64,000 nucleotides of DNA. Source: Candidatus Dadabacteria bacterium (GTDB lineage Bacteria > Desulfobacterota_D > UBA1144 > Nemesobacterales > Nemesobacteraceae). The position numbers and the translations under genes were made by a program. This document shows positions 42,069 through 52,656 of the stretch, in pieces (position 1 is the first letter of the stretch; the number at the start of each line of letters is the position of its first letter). The DNA is taken from contig VXTZ01000026.1 of assembly GCA_009837205.1 (NCBI GenBank), positions 83,629 through 147,628 on the forward strand, read 5' to 3'. Under the pieces are notes generated by a model. The model was not told where the DNA came from. It did no database searches and saw nothing but the letters and a program-made list of their open reading frames with translations.

Positions 42069-42671
42069 TCATAAGGAAATCAGGACTTTTCTTCCACTGA
42101 GAGTCAGTTTTCCCTCGCAGAAAAGCCTTATGGCTTCAGGCAGTATCCTGTATTCCTCAGCATGGATTTTCTCAAGCAGAGTCTCTTCCGTATCTTCCTC
42201 CGTAACCGGAACAACGGCCTGAAGAATAATGGGACCCGCGTCAACTTCCTCCCTCACGAAGTGGACTGTGCAACCCGTTTGTTTCACTCCGTAGTCAAGT
42301 GCCTGTCTTACTGAATTTGTTCCCGGAAAAGAAGGAAGCAGGGAAGGATGAATGTTGATGATACGGTTCGCGAAACGGCCTAAGAAATAAGGAGTAAGTA
42401 TCCTCATAAACCCGGCAAGTACGACAAGGCCTATGTCATATCTGTCGATTTTCGCGACTATCTGTCTTTCGAACTCTTCCCTTGATTCAAAATCCCTGCC
42501 TTTTACGAGCTCCACGGGAATGCCGTGTTTCCTAGCCCTCTCAATCGCCATGACTCCAAGAGTATCACAGACAACCACGGCTATATTTGCGGATTCTATG
42601 CCGGAATCTATTACCGCCTGAAGATTTGTTCCGCTTCCGGAAACAAACACGGCAACGTTGGTCTTTGACAT
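42069..42671 (-). CDS. purN: phosphoribosylglycinamide formyltransferase
   Basis: MSKTNVAVFVSGSGTNLQAVID...INIHPSLLP is the PurN consensus. The ORF-track N-terminal extension (to 42722) overlaps the 5S rRNA and is rejected. Confidence 0.9.
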   Translation of the reverse strand: MSKTNVAVFVSGSGTNLQAVIDSGIESANIAVVVCDTLGVMAIERARKHGIPVELVKGRDFESREEFERQIVAKIDRYDIGLVVLAGFMRILTPYFLGRFANRIINIHPSLLPSFPGTNSVRQALDYGVKQTGCTVHFVREEVDAGPIILQAVVPVTEEDTEETLLEKIHAEEYRILPEAIRLFCEGKLTLSGRKVLISL

Positions 42672-42712
42672 CGCAGGCACCGGAAACTTGAGAAAGCAAG
42701 GGAAGAAAAAAA

Positions 42713-42825
42713 GGGCAGCCACCTACTTTCCCACTCCTGAAAGGAGCAGTATCATCGGCCTATAAGGACTTAACTTCCGGGTTCGGGATGGGACCGGGTG
42801 CTTCCCCTTCAGCATAGCCACCCTA
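42713..42825 (-). rRNA. 5S ribosomal RNA (solitary)
   Basis: Reverse complement ...GGGAAGCACCCGGTCCCATCCCGAACCCGGAAGTTAAGTCCTTATAGGCCGATGATACTGCTCCTTTCAGGAGTGGGAAAGTAGGTGGCTGCCC. This matches the universal 5S loop C (CCCAUGCCGAACUCAGAAGUGAAAC) and the helix IV/V (GCCGAUGGUAG...GAGAGUAGG) blocks. It is followed by a T8 run. Confidence 0.85.
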
Positions 42826-42870
42826 GAAAGAAGAAATTACCACTGAAAAAAATAATGTCAAGCTAAAATA

Positions 42871-44355
42871 TCAGTCAGTATTAAAACCCCGTATTGGAAG
42901 AGCTCTTCCGAACCTTTTGAGCTTCTTAATGGCCTTTACCTCGATCTGCCTTATTCTCTCGCGGGTAACGTTCAATTTTTTCCCTATTTCTTCAAGGGTG
43001 TATTCCTTGTCCTCATCTATACCAAAACGCATTTTAACGACTCCTTCCTCCCCGTTACTGAGGTTGGTGCAGAGCGCGTTGCGCATGATCCGGTTCAATT
43101 CTTTGGTTTCGAGCATGTCAAGCGGAGAAGTGGAAGCCGGGTCCGAGATAATATCCATCAGCCTGCAATCGTCCTCGCCAATCGGGGACTCCAGGGAAAT
43201 CGGGTCACGCGACACCTTCATGATCTTCAAGACCTTATCAAGAGGTATGTCCATTGCCTCGGCTATCTCTTCCGGCCTGGGTTCCCTCCCTAATTTCTGC
43301 ATCAGGGATCTAGAGATCTTGTTCAGCCTGTTTATATTTTCGGTCATGTGAACGGGAATCCTTATAAGACTTCCCTGATCGGCTATTGCACGTGTAATTG
43401 CTTGCTTTATCCACCATGTGGCGCAGGTTGAAAATTTGTATCCCATTCCATGTTCGAACTTTTCAACCGCTTTCATCAACCCCATATTGCCTTCTTGAAC
43501 CAGGTCGAGAAACGGCAACCCTCTGTTAACGTATTTTCTCGCTATACTGACTACGAGCCTGAGGTTGCACTCGATAAGTGTTTTTCTGGCTTTCTTAGTA
43601 GCCTTCTTTGCTCTTTCAAACCTTCTAAGCACCTTTTTAAGAGAAGCGATTTCCTCCTCGGAATATTCAGATTTCGAACCATTGCCAATCGAATCGTCTG
43701 AACCATCCATCATGCAGTCACAATCCCCGCCCTCAATCCTGTCCACATATTCGACGGCCAGGTTGTATATCCTGTTGGCCTGCGTAGAGGAGAAATCGAT
43801 TTCGTCAAGAAGTTCTACGGTCCGTTCGTTATTCTTTCTGATTCGTTTAGAGATCTTGGCTCTTTCGGTATTTGAAAGAGTTGAAGTATCAAGTTTTTTT
43901 CTCAGTTCTTCGGTCTCAGCAAAAAGTTCTCTGATTGGAAGAAAGTTCCTCGCGGAATTTCTATATGTTTCGCCGTCAGCGGGGAATTCTACGTCCTCGC
44001 CTTGGTAGCCTGCACCGAGTGCCCCTTCTTTTATCTCTTCTTCGAGCTTGAGAACCTTTTTCATCATGAAGGGGTTCTCTATTATCATTCTTGCGATTAT
44101 TTTTTTGCCTTTTTCAATCTGTCTTGCTATCTCAACCTCTTCCTCCTTGGAAAGGAGGGAGTGCTGCGCAATAGCGAGAATGTACGATCTTATAGGGTCT
44201 TGGTCGGAATCATTGCTCTTTACGTGTTTGAGCTTGTCTTCCGCTCGAGAATCAGACGGGGCATTTTGAAAACTCTGTGAGGACTCAGAGAATTCCCCTT
44301 CGTCCTGCCCGTCGATTTCGCTCCTCAACCCGTTAGTCTCGTCGTTTGGATTCAA
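42871..44355 (-). CDS. rpoD: RNA polymerase sigma-70
   Basis: Regions 1.2-4.2 are recognisable (e.g. ...[18 protein letters not shown]..., [27 protein letters not shown]). Acidic N-terminal region. Confidence 0.95.
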   Translation of the reverse strand: MNPNDETNGLRSEIDGQDEGEFSESSQSFQNAPSDSRAEDKLKHVKSNDSDQDPIRSYILAIAQHSLLSKEEEVEIARQIEKGKKIIARMIIENPFMMKKVLKLEEEIKEGALGAGYQGEDVEFPADGETYRNSARNFLPIRELFAETEELRKKLDTSTLSNTERAKISKRIRKNNERTVELLDEIDFSSTQANRIYNLAVEYVDRIEGGDCDCMMDGSDDSIGNGSKSEYSEEEIASLKKVLRRFERAKKATKKARKTLIECNLRLVVSIARKYVNRGLPFLDLVQEGNMGLMKAVEKFEHGMGYKFSTCATWWIKQAITRAIADQGSLIRIPVHMTENINRLNKISRSLMQKLGREPRPEEIAEAMDIPLDKVLKIMKVSRDPISLESPIGEDDCRLMDIISDPASTSPLDMLETKELNRIMRNALCTNLSNGEEGVVKMRFGIDEDKEYTLEEIGKKLNVTRERIRQIEVKAIKKLKRFGRALPIRGFNTD

Positions 44356-46145
44356 CTTGCAGTTCCTCTTATGGTCTTTTCCATACTCACCAGATCCCTG
44401 TATTGCTCAACAAGTTTTCTTTCAAGGGTTTTATCAGAAGAATCACGCTGCTTGCGGATTCTTTCTATTACTTCATTACGCTTAAAAGCTATATTTCTCA
44501 GTTCAAGCTCCTTCACGCAATCGTTTAGTATTTTCTCCGAAGTCGTGTCGTCTATCAAATCATCCGAAGAAAAAATTAACTCGCTCAGCAGTTGCTGCAT
44601 CTCGATTTTCTCAAAAGAACTCATCAGGGAGGAAACTTCGGTAAACTCCCCTTCACCCACACGCTTGAGAATAACCTTTAAATCGCCATTTTCAAAATCC
44701 CTACCAATATTCTCAATCTTTTCGGCGCTCATCAGGTGGGGGAATTTAAGCAGTATCCTCACAATTTCTCTCTCATGAATGCTTTTTTCCGGAATCAAGG
44801 TCGTCGGTGCAAGCGACCCGCGGTTTCTTCCCGGATTCGAGGTTTTTACCAGAGAGAGAAACTCAGACTCCCTTATCCCGAAAAGCCCCGTTGCCTTGGA
44901 AACAGCTTCAGCTCTTCGGACCGGGTCTTTTATTTTTGAAACCAAGTCCACAAGAAATTTTATCGACTCTCCGGAAGACATTTTCTTTTCCCTGTACCTT
45001 GCAAAAGTGTCGTCAATAATAAAATCCGAGACATCAACGGCGGCCGCGATCAGCTCGGCGAGGCTCTCAGGCCCATGCTCCTCCAGATAATCATCGGGGT
45101 CGAGGCCATCGGGAATACGGCAAATACTTGAAGAAATCCCCTGCTCAAGAAGAATCTCTCCGGCCCGGACGGCGGAACGTATCCCAGCGGTATCACCGTC
45201 GTAGACAATCACCACCTCCTCGCAGAAACGTCGCAGAAATCTGGCGTGCTCATTCGTAAAGGCCGTTCCCAAGGTGGCAACCACGTTGCGTATTCCATTT
45301 GCGTAGAGCTTTATGAAATCCATGTAGCCTTCAACCAAAACGGCTTTCCGTTTTCTTCCGATTTCACTTTTCGAGTGGTAGAGTCCGTAGAGAACGCTCC
45401 TTTTGTCGAAAACAGGGGATTCAGGGGAATTCATGTATTTCGGCTGTTTGGATTCGTCTTCGCTCAGAGTTCTGCCGCCAAAACCGCAAATTCGTCCTGT
45501 TATCTCGTTTATGGGGAAAATAATTCTGTTTCGGAACCGATCGTAGTGACCGCTTCCGCTCTCCCTCGCAACAACAAGACCAAGCTCTTCGAGTTCCTTG
45601 ACACCGATATTGTTTTTTGAAGCGAATTTCACAGCGGCATCCCATCTGTCGGGGGCAAAACCGAGCTTGAATTCCTCGATTATCTCCGAGCTGATTCCCC
45701 TTGATTCTAGGTACTCTCTAGCCCACGCGGAGTTTTTTGCTGAACTGCGGAGGTTCTTGCTGTAAAACGAACAGACAAGAGAATTTATCTCAAAAAACCT
45801 GGCCGAAGTGGCCTCTTTTTTCTTCTCACTTCTGGTGCGCGGACGCGGAGCCGGGAGCCTGACTCCGGCTTTCTGCGCAAGTTCCTTTAAGGCTTCGCGG
45901 AAACCTATATTGCTGTATCTCATCAGGAAGCCAAATACATCTCCTCCGGCTCCGCAGCTGAAGCAATGGAAAAAACCCTTCTCATCATTTACGTGCATGG
46001 AAGGGTTGTTGTCGTCGTGGAACGGGCAGAGCCCGATATGGTTCTTTCCAGATTTTTTAAGGGAAACAAAGCCCTGTATGACGTCTACTATGCTGAGCTT
46101 TGCCTTTATATCCGCTATCGCTGATGTGAAAGAAGAGTTCTTCAT
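44352..46145 (-). CDS. dnaG: DNA primase
   Basis: Zinc-binding [34 protein letters not shown] plus TOPRIM (LVEGYMD). rpsU-dnaG-rpoD order. Confidence 0.95.
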   Translation of the reverse strand: MKNSSFTSAIADIKAKLSIVDVIQGFVSLKKSGKNHIGLCPFHDDNNPSMHVNDEKGFFHCFSCGAGGDVFGFLMRYSNIGFREALKELAQKAGVRLPAPRPRTRSEKKKEATSARFFEINSLVCSFYSKNLRSSAKNSAWAREYLESRGISSEIIEEFKLGFAPDRWDAAVKFASKNNIGVKELEELGLVVARESGSGHYDRFRNRIIFPINEITGRICGFGGRTLSEDESKQPKYMNSPESPVFDKRSVLYGLYHSKSEIGRKRKAVLVEGYMDFIKLYANGIRNVVATLGTAFTNEHARFLRRFCEEVVIVYDGDTAGIRSAVRAGEILLEQGISSSICRIPDGLDPDDYLEEHGPESLAELIAAAVDVSDFIIDDTFARYREKKMSSGESIKFLVDLVSKIKDPVRRAEAVSKATGLFGIRESEFLSLVKTSNPGRNRGSLAPTTLIPEKSIHEREIVRILLKFPHLMSAEKIENIGRDFENGDLKVILKRVGEGEFTEVSSLMSSFEKIEMQQLLSELIFSSDDLIDDTTSEKILNDCVKELELRNIAFKRNEVIERIRKQRDSSDKTLERKLVEQYRDLVSMEKTIRGTAS

Positions 46146-46214
46146 TCAAAGCGGCTTAATCGGGGGGGGGCCTTCAGAAATAACTTCCGATGAAAACCGT
46201 CAAACTGAGACGGT

Positions 46215-46403
46215 TTATCTTCTTTTCCTGCTTGAACTGCGTTTTTTGGCGGCAAACAGCTTCTTTTTTTTCTTTTCGCTCGGTTTTTCGTAGTATTCTC
46301 TCTTCCTTACTTCAGAAAGAACCCCACCCTTTTCAACCTGTTTCTTAAACCTTTTTAAAGCGCTGTCAATGCTTTCGCTGCTACCTACTGTTATTCCTGG
46401 CAA
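46215..46403 (-). CDS. rpsU: 30S ribosomal protein S21
   Basis: [48 protein letters not shown] is the S21 consensus. Confidence 0.9.
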   Translation of the reverse strand: MPGITVGSSESIDSALKRFKKQVEKGGVLSEVRKREYYEKPSEKKKKKLFAAKKRSSSRKRR

Positions 46404-46494
46404 AAAATCAAAACCTCCATCCTCATGGGGGTGAAAATCCTAAAGGATAAAAAAAAGGTTGTCAAATCACCCGCCGGTCGCTCTTTCCCGCCGA

Positions 46495-46683
46495 CTATTT
46501 CGATTGTTTTTCCAGAAGCGGGAATTTTCCAACCATCTCACGGTTCTTTCTTATCTCTTCCTCGATTCTGCGGGCGTTTCCCTTCTCGAATTCATGGTCG
46601 TAGGGCTCCTGGGAAACCCTCTGCTCTTCCAGTCTGCTGTTCCAGGAATCCCGCCTGTTTCTGATTTCATCCACAAGTCCCAT
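46495..46683 (-). CDS. hypothetical small charged protein
   Basis: A 62-aa ORF between rpsU and the deacetylase gene. No family. Weak coding evidence. Confidence 0.3.
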   Translation of the reverse strand: MGLVDEIRNRRDSWNSRLEEQRVSQEPYDHEFEKGNARRIEEEIRKNREMVGKFPLLEKQSK

Positions 46684-46719
46684 GACAATCCTCTTTTAGG
46701 TGATTTCTCCGCAACCGTT

Positions 46720-47610
46720 TCAGTTCAAAGCGGCTGTCGATATTTTCATAAATTCAACCTTTTTCTCAATCTTGGGCATATACTCCTCAAGAGCATCTAT
46801 TGTCTGCGGGTAGGGATGGCCTATACCTACAGCTATGCCTTTTTTCTCAGCAATCCTTACCAAGCGGTCAAGCTGCTGCATAGTATACTCCTTGCCCCGC
46901 TCGCTCTGGTCAATAAAAACATCCCTTTTAAGCACCTTTACTCCAAGCCGCCTCGCTACGCTGTATCCGCGGGAGTTGGGGGTCGTAAGGCTGTCAACAA
47001 AGTAAAGACCCCTAGCCTTCAGTTCCCGCATTATTGTTTTTACCGGCTCTTCATTCTCCATGAACTTAGAGCCCATATGGTTGTTGACTCCGACTATGTT
47101 GGGGACGGCCATGATGTTTCTTCTTAGCTCCTCCCTCATCTGGTCCATCGAGAAGCCGAGCAGCAAAACTCCTTCTCCAGCGTCATCGGCCGTATAACCG
47201 GAGGCATACTTGGGTTCCATGGGGAGGTGGAGAATCACGTCCTTTCCCCCGCGGTAAGCAGCGCGTGCAACGTACAGGGAATGGGAAAGATGCGGAAGCA
47301 CGGCTAAGTTAAGCGGTTGTTTGATCCTGAGTATTCTGTCAATCGACTCCTTGTCATAGCCCAAGTCATCTATTATGAGGACAACTCCCGGACGCCGGGG
47401 CTCTTTCTCCGCAATCTTATCCGTCGCAGTAGGCGTAGCCTCCCGGTGTGACCATCCGTCAAAAAATCTTTCGATATACTTGAGGCCGAAAATCGAAAAG
47501 GCGAAAAAGAAAACCAGAGCCAGAACTGCGTGGGTAAGTCTTGCCGTGCGTTTTTTATCGCCGGTTTTTGCCGTAGACTGTCTTTTTCTCGTTCGCTTCT
47601 TCTGACTCAA
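46720..47610 (-). CDS. divergent polysaccharide deacetylase (YibQ family)
   Basis: N-terminal TM. GVVLIIDDLGYDKESIDRILRIKQPLNLAVLPHLSHSLYVARAAYRGGKDVILHLPMEP matches YibQ. Confidence 0.8.
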   Translation of the reverse strand: MSQKKRTRKRQSTAKTGDKKRTARLTHAVLALVFFFAFSIFGLKYIERFFDGWSHREATPTATDKIAEKEPRRPGVVLIIDDLGYDKESIDRILRIKQPLNLAVLPHLSHSLYVARAAYRGGKDVILHLPMEPKYASGYTADDAGEGVLLLGFSMDQMREELRRNIMAVPNIVGVNNHMGSKFMENEEPVKTIMRELKARGLYFVDSLTTPNSRGYSVARRLGVKVLKRDVFIDQSERGKEYTMQQLDRLVRIAEKKGIAVGIGHPYPQTIDALEEYMPKIEKKVEFMKISTAALN

Positions 47611-47622
47611 GCTCCTATCTCC

Positions 47623-48762
47623 TCACATGTGCTTTACAGTTTCCAACGCCCTTGCAAGCTGCGGGTCCGAGGGGGCATCCTTGTCGCCGCTTTCAACAAA
47701 AATATCAGGTTCTATGCCCTTGTCATCTATCAGAACCCCCTTGGGGGTGAAAAGCCTCGCCGTGGTTATCTTCACTCCCGTTTCCCCCGAAAGTTCTATT
47801 ACGGACTGAACTGAACCCTTGCCGAATGTTCTCGTACCGACTATCTTAGCCCTGCCGCTGTCTTTAAGTGCTCCGGCAAGAACTTCGGAAGCACTCGCAC
47901 TCCCCCGGTTTACGATTACGGCAACGTGATTGGTCGGTATATCCATGCCCTCCCTGGCGAAATACTCCTTCGAAGTCAGTTCAGACCTTCCCTTCACGTT
48001 CAGGATAAGCCCTTTATCCAGAAACATGTCGCTAAGCGCAAGCGCCTGTTCAAGCAATCCTCCGGGGTTGTTCCTGAGGTCAAGCACAAGTCCTCCGAGC
48101 TTCGCACCGTTTTCCTCCTCAAGCCCCTTGTAAGAACTGAGAAACTCATCCGCAGAATCCCTGTGGAACTGCGATAGCTTTATATAACCTATATCTTTTT
48201 CGATCAACCTGGACTCGACACTCCTAAGTTTCACTATCCGTCTTGTGATGGTGAACTTATGGGTTTCCTCGGTTCCATCTCTTCTGACAACGATATCAAC
48301 TTTAGTTCCTTCTCTGCCCCTTATGCGGTCCAGAGCGTCAACTATGTTGGTCTTCTCGGTACTTTCTCCATCTATAGAGATGATCACGTCTCCCGATTTC
48401 ACGCCGGCTTCCTGCGCAGGACTTCCTTCAATCGGAGATATCACGGTCAAAAACCCGTCGCGCACCGTAATCTCGATTCCTATGCCCTCAAATTCCCCCA
48501 TAGTTCCTATCTCAAGGTTCCTCAAGCCCTCGGATGAAAGGTAAACCGAGTAGGGATCAAGGGAATCGAACATGCCTCTTATGGCGCTTTGGGTCAGTTG
48601 CTCGGAGGAAACCTCTTCCACATAGTTTTTCTCTATAAGGTTCAGGGCCTTTGCAAAGTCGGAAAGGCCTCTGTACGTATCTTCTTTTGCGAGAAGTGGG
48701 GTTGAAAAAAGAGAAGCCGGAATTAACGCGTATACTATGAAAAAAAAGCGGAACTTTGTCAT
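47623..48762 (-). CDS. ctpA: carboxyl-terminal processing protease (S41) with PDZ domain
   Basis: Signal peptide, PDZ (GDVIISIDGEST), catalytic 'GSASASEVLAGALKD' Ser and the K of S41. Confidence 0.9.
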   Translation of the reverse strand: MTKFRFFFIVYALIPASLFSTPLLAKEDTYRGLSDFAKALNLIEKNYVEEVSSEQLTQSAIRGMFDSLDPYSVYLSSEGLRNLEIGTMGEFEGIGIEITVRDGFLTVISPIEGSPAQEAGVKSGDVIISIDGESTEKTNIVDALDRIRGREGTKVDIVVRRDGTEETHKFTITRRIVKLRSVESRLIEKDIGYIKLSQFHRDSADEFLSSYKGLEEENGAKLGGLVLDLRNNPGGLLEQALALSDMFLDKGLILNVKGRSELTSKEYFAREGMDIPTNHVAVIVNRGSASASEVLAGALKDSGRAKIVGTRTFGKGSVQSVIELSGETGVKITTARLFTPKGVLIDDKGIEPDIFVESGDKDAPSDPQLARALETVKHM

Positions 48763-48888
48763 TGAGACCTACGTTTCCTGTAGTTTACCTGAAAGGATTT
48801 TTTTTTGGACTAAGCAAGTAAAGCAGGATTTTCGCCCTTGATGAAAAAGGGGAAATAAGATAGGTTTACGGTAGATCGGTTTACTTAT

Positions 48889-49107
48889 ATGTCCACACTT
48901 TTTACTGGAATAATATCAGGATTTGTCAAAAGTTGCGTTTCCGACCTTCCCGAAGCATCCCGGGAGTGGGTTCCGCTGAAAAGAGCCCTTTTCTACCTGG
49001 GGGCACTTCTCATATACCCGGTCGCCCTGATCGTGGCCATGGTGGTAATTGCTACGGTCGTTCTGATCGCATATCCCGTTTCTTACATCTATCGGGCGGC
49101 GAGCTGA
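48889..49107 (+). CDS. hypothetical small membrane protein
   Basis: 72-aa hydrophobic ORF upstream of uppS. Weak evidence. Confidence 0.3.
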   Translation: MSTLFTGIISGFVKSCVSDLPEASREWVPLKRALFYLGALLIYPVALIVAMVVIATVVLIAYPVSYIYRAAS

Positions 49108-49147
49108 AGCGACGGTTGTCAGCGAAGTTCTCAAACAATGTCTCGTA

Positions 49148-49888
49148 ATGCAGAAAAACCGTAACATTTCCACACCGGGTCCTATCCCCAGACACGTTGT
49201 CATAATAATGGACGGCAACGGAAGATGGGCGAAGCGAAAGAATCTCGACAGGATGATCGGTCACAGGGAAGGAATAAAATCTGCAAGATCGGTGGTCCGT
49301 GCCGCGCGGGAGATCGGGATAGAATATTTAACTCTTTACGCATTCTCCGCCCAGAACTGGAAGAGGCCGGGGGAAGAGGTTTTCGCCCTAATGGATCTTT
49401 TAAGGCAGTACCTCTCAAATGAAGGCGAGAAGCTGCTTGCGCAGAACACCAGGCTAAATGCGATCGGGAATCTCTCGAACCTTCCCAAAGACATACGTGA
49501 GCTTCTCGGGCGCGTGATGAAAATGACGGAGAAATGCGACTCCCTGACGATAACCCTGGCTCTTAGCTACGGGGGCAGGGAGGAGATAATCAACGCCGTG
49601 AACAGCATAATCGAGGAGGGAAAGAAAAAACCGATTTCCGAGAAAGACTTTCAGGAATATCTCTATACCTCCGGCCTGCCTGAACCGGATCTGCTCATAA
49701 GAACCGGGGGAGAAATGCGACTTTCGAACTTTCTGCTGTGGCAACTGGCCTATGCCGAAATATACGTCACGAAGACACTCTGGCCGAATTTCAGAAGAAG
49801 GCATCTGCTAAAGGCCATCGCCAATTACCGTAACAGGGAAAGAAGGTTCGGACTGACAGGAGAGCAGATACGGGAGAAAGGGCGCTAG
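49148..49888 (+). CDS. uppS: undecaprenyl-diphosphate synthase
   Basis: PRHVVIIMDGNGRWAKRK...GIEYLTLYAFSAQNWKRP...RLSNFLLWQLAYAE are the cis-prenyltransferase motifs. Confidence 0.95.
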   Translation: MQKNRNISTPGPIPRHVVIIMDGNGRWAKRKNLDRMIGHREGIKSARSVVRAAREIGIEYLTLYAFSAQNWKRPGEEVFALMDLLRQYLSNEGEKLLAQNTRLNAIGNLSNLPKDIRELLGRVMKMTEKCDSLTITLALSYGGREEIINAVNSIIEEGKKKPISEKDFQEYLYTSGLPEPDLLIRTGGEMRLSNFLLWQLAYAEIYVTKTLWPNFRRRHLLKAIANYRNRERRFGLTGEQIREKGR

Positions 49889-49889
49889 A

Positions 49890-51047
49890 TTGAAAAAAAT
49901 CTCCATACTCGGATCAACCGGCTCGATCGGGTCGCAGACCCTTGAAATAGTACGAAGATTTCCCGAAAGATTCGAGGTAACGGGCCTTTGTGCGGGAAAA
50001 AACATTGATCTTCTTGCAGAACAGATAACAGAATTCGCCCCGAAGATCGTATCGGTTACCCGAAAGGACGACTCGGAACGACTCAGGGAAATCGCCGGTC
50101 CGAAAACACAGATATATTACGGAGACGAGGGAAATATCGCAGTTGCTACGGAAGGCGATTGCGATCTGGTTATATCCTCCATGGTAGGTTTCCCAGGGCT
50201 TCTGCCTACACTGTCTGCAATACGGGCCGGAAGAAACGTTGGGATAGCAAACAAAGAATCTCTTGTGGTCGCAGGAGGACTTCTTATTTCCGAGGCAAAA
50301 AACCAGGACGTTACCCTCCTCCCCGTGGACAGCGAGCATAGCGCCGTTTTCCAGACGCTTCTTGAAAAGGACCGCGAATTTCTTAAACGGATCATTATAA
50401 CGGCATCGGGTGGGCCGTTTCGCAAAACCCCGAAAAAAGACCTGGAAAAGGTTACGGTCGCCGACGCCCTCTGCCACCCCACATGGAAAATGGGAGAGAA
50501 AATAACCATAGATTCGGCGACGCTGATGAACAAGGGGTTTGAAATTATAGAGGCGAGGTGGTTTTTTGACATGCCCGCCGAAAAAATATCAATTTGGGTA
50601 CACCCCCAGAGCATCGTGCATTCAATCCTTGAATATGTTGACGGCTCGTTCATAACCCATCTTTCCGCCTCCGACATGAAAATACCGATAGCCCAAGCAC
50701 TCTCCTATCCCGAAAGACTCGATCTAGGGTGCCCCGACGCCTCGCCGGACGACCTCTCGGACATCACGTTTGAGAAGCTGGACACAGATAAATTCGAGGC
50801 TCCCGCGATCGCAATTGAATGTCTCAGAATGGGCGGCACCTATCCAACCGTGCTAAACGCCGCGAACGAAGTGGCAGTAACGGCATTTCTTGACGAGACA
50901 ATAAAATTCACCGATATAATCCCGATAGTCAGGGAAACTCTCGAGCGTCACGACAAACTTGACTCGGGATGTCTTGACAATATATTAGAGGCGGACAGGT
51001 GGTCTAGGAGCACCGCCGGTTCTATAATGGAGAGCCTTCTTTCTTAG
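49890..51047 (+). CDS. dxr: 1-deoxy-D-xylulose 5-phosphate reductoisomerase
   Basis: KKISILGSTGSIGSQTLEIV...LCHPTWKMGEKITIDSATLMNKGFE is the Dxr consensus. Confidence 0.95.
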   Translation: MKKISILGSTGSIGSQTLEIVRRFPERFEVTGLCAGKNIDLLAEQITEFAPKIVSVTRKDDSERLREIAGPKTQIYYGDEGNIAVATEGDCDLVISSMVGFPGLLPTLSAIRAGRNVGIANKESLVVAGGLLISEAKNQDVTLLPVDSEHSAVFQTLLEKDREFLKRIIITASGGPFRKTPKKDLEKVTVADALCHPTWKMGEKITIDSATLMNKGFEIIEARWFFDMPAEKISIWVHPQSIVHSILEYVDGSFITHLSASDMKIPIAQALSYPERLDLGCPDASPDDLSDITFEKLDTDKFEAPAIAIECLRMGGTYPTVLNAANEVAVTAFLDETIKFTDIIPIVRETLERHDKLDSGCLDNILEADRWSRSTAGSIMESLLS

Positions 51048-52636
51048 TGATGACTACTATTCTGGCTTTTATTTTCGTAATAGGAATTCTGGTCTTTTTT
51101 CATGAGCTGGGGCATTTTCTGCTCGCGAAAAGAAGCAATATCAGGGTCGAGAAGTTTTCTCTAGGTTTCGGCCCGAAACTCGTTTCTTTTGTAAGAGGCG
51201 AAACGGAATACCTGATTTCGGCCCTTCCCCTCGGCGGATACGTGAAGATGTACGGTGAGGGCAAGGAAGATAACGTAATTGTCGAAAGCGTTGCAGACAC
51301 TGAGTCGCCACTTGCCTCAGGGGACAGAATTACCGGGATAAAAGGATTCAGTCTTGAGCAGTATGGAAGCTGGGAAAAGCTTCTCTATGCGCTAAAGTCA
51401 GACCCGCACCAGGAAAAAGAACTTGAAGTTGAAAGAGATGGGAAAGTCTACACTCTCACCGTCAGCGGTTCGGCCCTTTACAATATAGAGGCTTACTACG
51501 AAAAGGACTACCACAGGGGGTTTTCCGGCAAGTCTCTTACAGACAGATTCCTGGTGGTCATAGCTGGGCCCGCTATGAATTTCATAATTCCTTTTTTCTT
51601 CATGCCCCTTGTGTTCATGTTCGGCATAAGTGTCTCAGGTTATCTGGAAGATCCTCCTGACATAACTTACGTAAGAAAAGACTCTCCTGCCCATCTCTCG
51701 GGATTCGCCGCGGGTGACAGGATACTCAGCATAAACGGAAAAGAGGTCAAAGACTGGAAAGATGTGAACGTGGCTGTTCACTCAAATCCCGACTCGCTGC
51801 TTGAATTCAAGGTGAGAACCGGAAGCGAAACCAGGACTCTCACCCTTTTCGCCGAAGCCGGTTCCGATGGCAGGGTAGAAACCGGATTCGCAAGGCCCAT
51901 AGAGGCAACCATAGCAGAGGTGGCTGAGGATCGCCCCGCCTGGAGAGCGGGGATACGTCCGGGAGACAGCATCGAGGCGATAGACGGCGTAGAGGTTACG
52001 GACTGGAACCATATGTCGGACATAATAGCCGAAAGCAGGGGCAAAGAACTTGATTTCACGATTGAACGTGGGGAAGAGAAAATGCATTTTCGCCTGGCGG
52101 CGGAAATGCAAGAAGACATCGAACGCTACATAATCGGCATCACCCCAACCACAGACAGGGTGCTTAAAAAATACGGTTTCTTTGAATCAATTAACAGGGG
52201 AATAGCTGAAGCGGCGCGTATGACAGTTGAGATCACCATGCTTTTCTTCGGCTTCCTGTTCAAGCTCGTAACAGGAAAAATAGCGCTCGCAACAGCAGGA
52301 AAAACGGTAGCGGGACCACTCCTTATAGCAAAGGTGTCGGGAGACGTAGCTCAAAGCGGCATATCGAACCTCCTCCAGTTCACCTCGCTTATAAGCATAA
52401 ACCTCGCGCTTATAAACCTTCTCCCCATACCGATGCTCGACGGAGGACACCTGCTTTACCTGGCGATTGAGAAAATAAAGAGAAAGCCGCTTAGCATAAA
52501 GACCCTCGAGATAACCCAGCGAATCGGGTTTTCCTTTCTTATTTTCATCATGGCGGCGGCGCTGTATAACGACATTCTAAGGATGCGCGAAGACATATTC
52601 TCGCAGTTCGGCAGAATTTTAGACCTTTTCCGGTAA
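51047..52636 (+). CDS. rseP: RIP zinc metalloprotease RseP (M50, two PDZ domains)
   Basis: HELGHFLLAK (HExxH in TM1), two PDZ domains, C-terminal LDGGH motif (NLLPIPMLDGGHLL). Confidence 0.95.
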   Translation: MMTTILAFIFVIGILVFFHELGHFLLAKRSNIRVEKFSLGFGPKLVSFVRGETEYLISALPLGGYVKMYGEGKEDNVIVESVADTESPLASGDRITGIKGFSLEQYGSWEKLLYALKSDPHQEKELEVERDGKVYTLTVSGSALYNIEAYYEKDYHRGFSGKSLTDRFLVVIAGPAMNFIIPFFFMPLVFMFGISVSGYLEDPPDITYVRKDSPAHLSGFAAGDRILSINGKEVKDWKDVNVAVHSNPDSLLEFKVRTGSETRTLTLFAEAGSDGRVETGFARPIEATIAEVAEDRPAWRAGIRPGDSIEAIDGVEVTDWNHMSDIIAESRGKELDFTIERGEEKMHFRLAAEMQEDIERYIIGITPTTDRVLKKYGFFESINRGIAEAARMTVEITMLFFGFLFKLVTGKIALATAGKTVAGPLLIAKVSGDVAQSGISNLLQFTSLISINLALINLLPIPMLDGGHLLYLAIEKIKRKPLSIKTLEITQRIGFSFLIFIMAAALYNDILRMREDIFSQFGRILDLFR

Positions 52637-52656
52637 AATTACCTAGGAACAAGCCG

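Noticed and set aside
42672-42722. 17-aa N-terminal extension of purN in the ORF track (MAALFFFPCFLKFPVPA)
   Set aside because: It overlaps the 5S rRNA gene on the same strand and is rich in Phe/Pro codons coming from the rRNA sequence. The conserved PurN N-terminus starts at the internal MSKTN.
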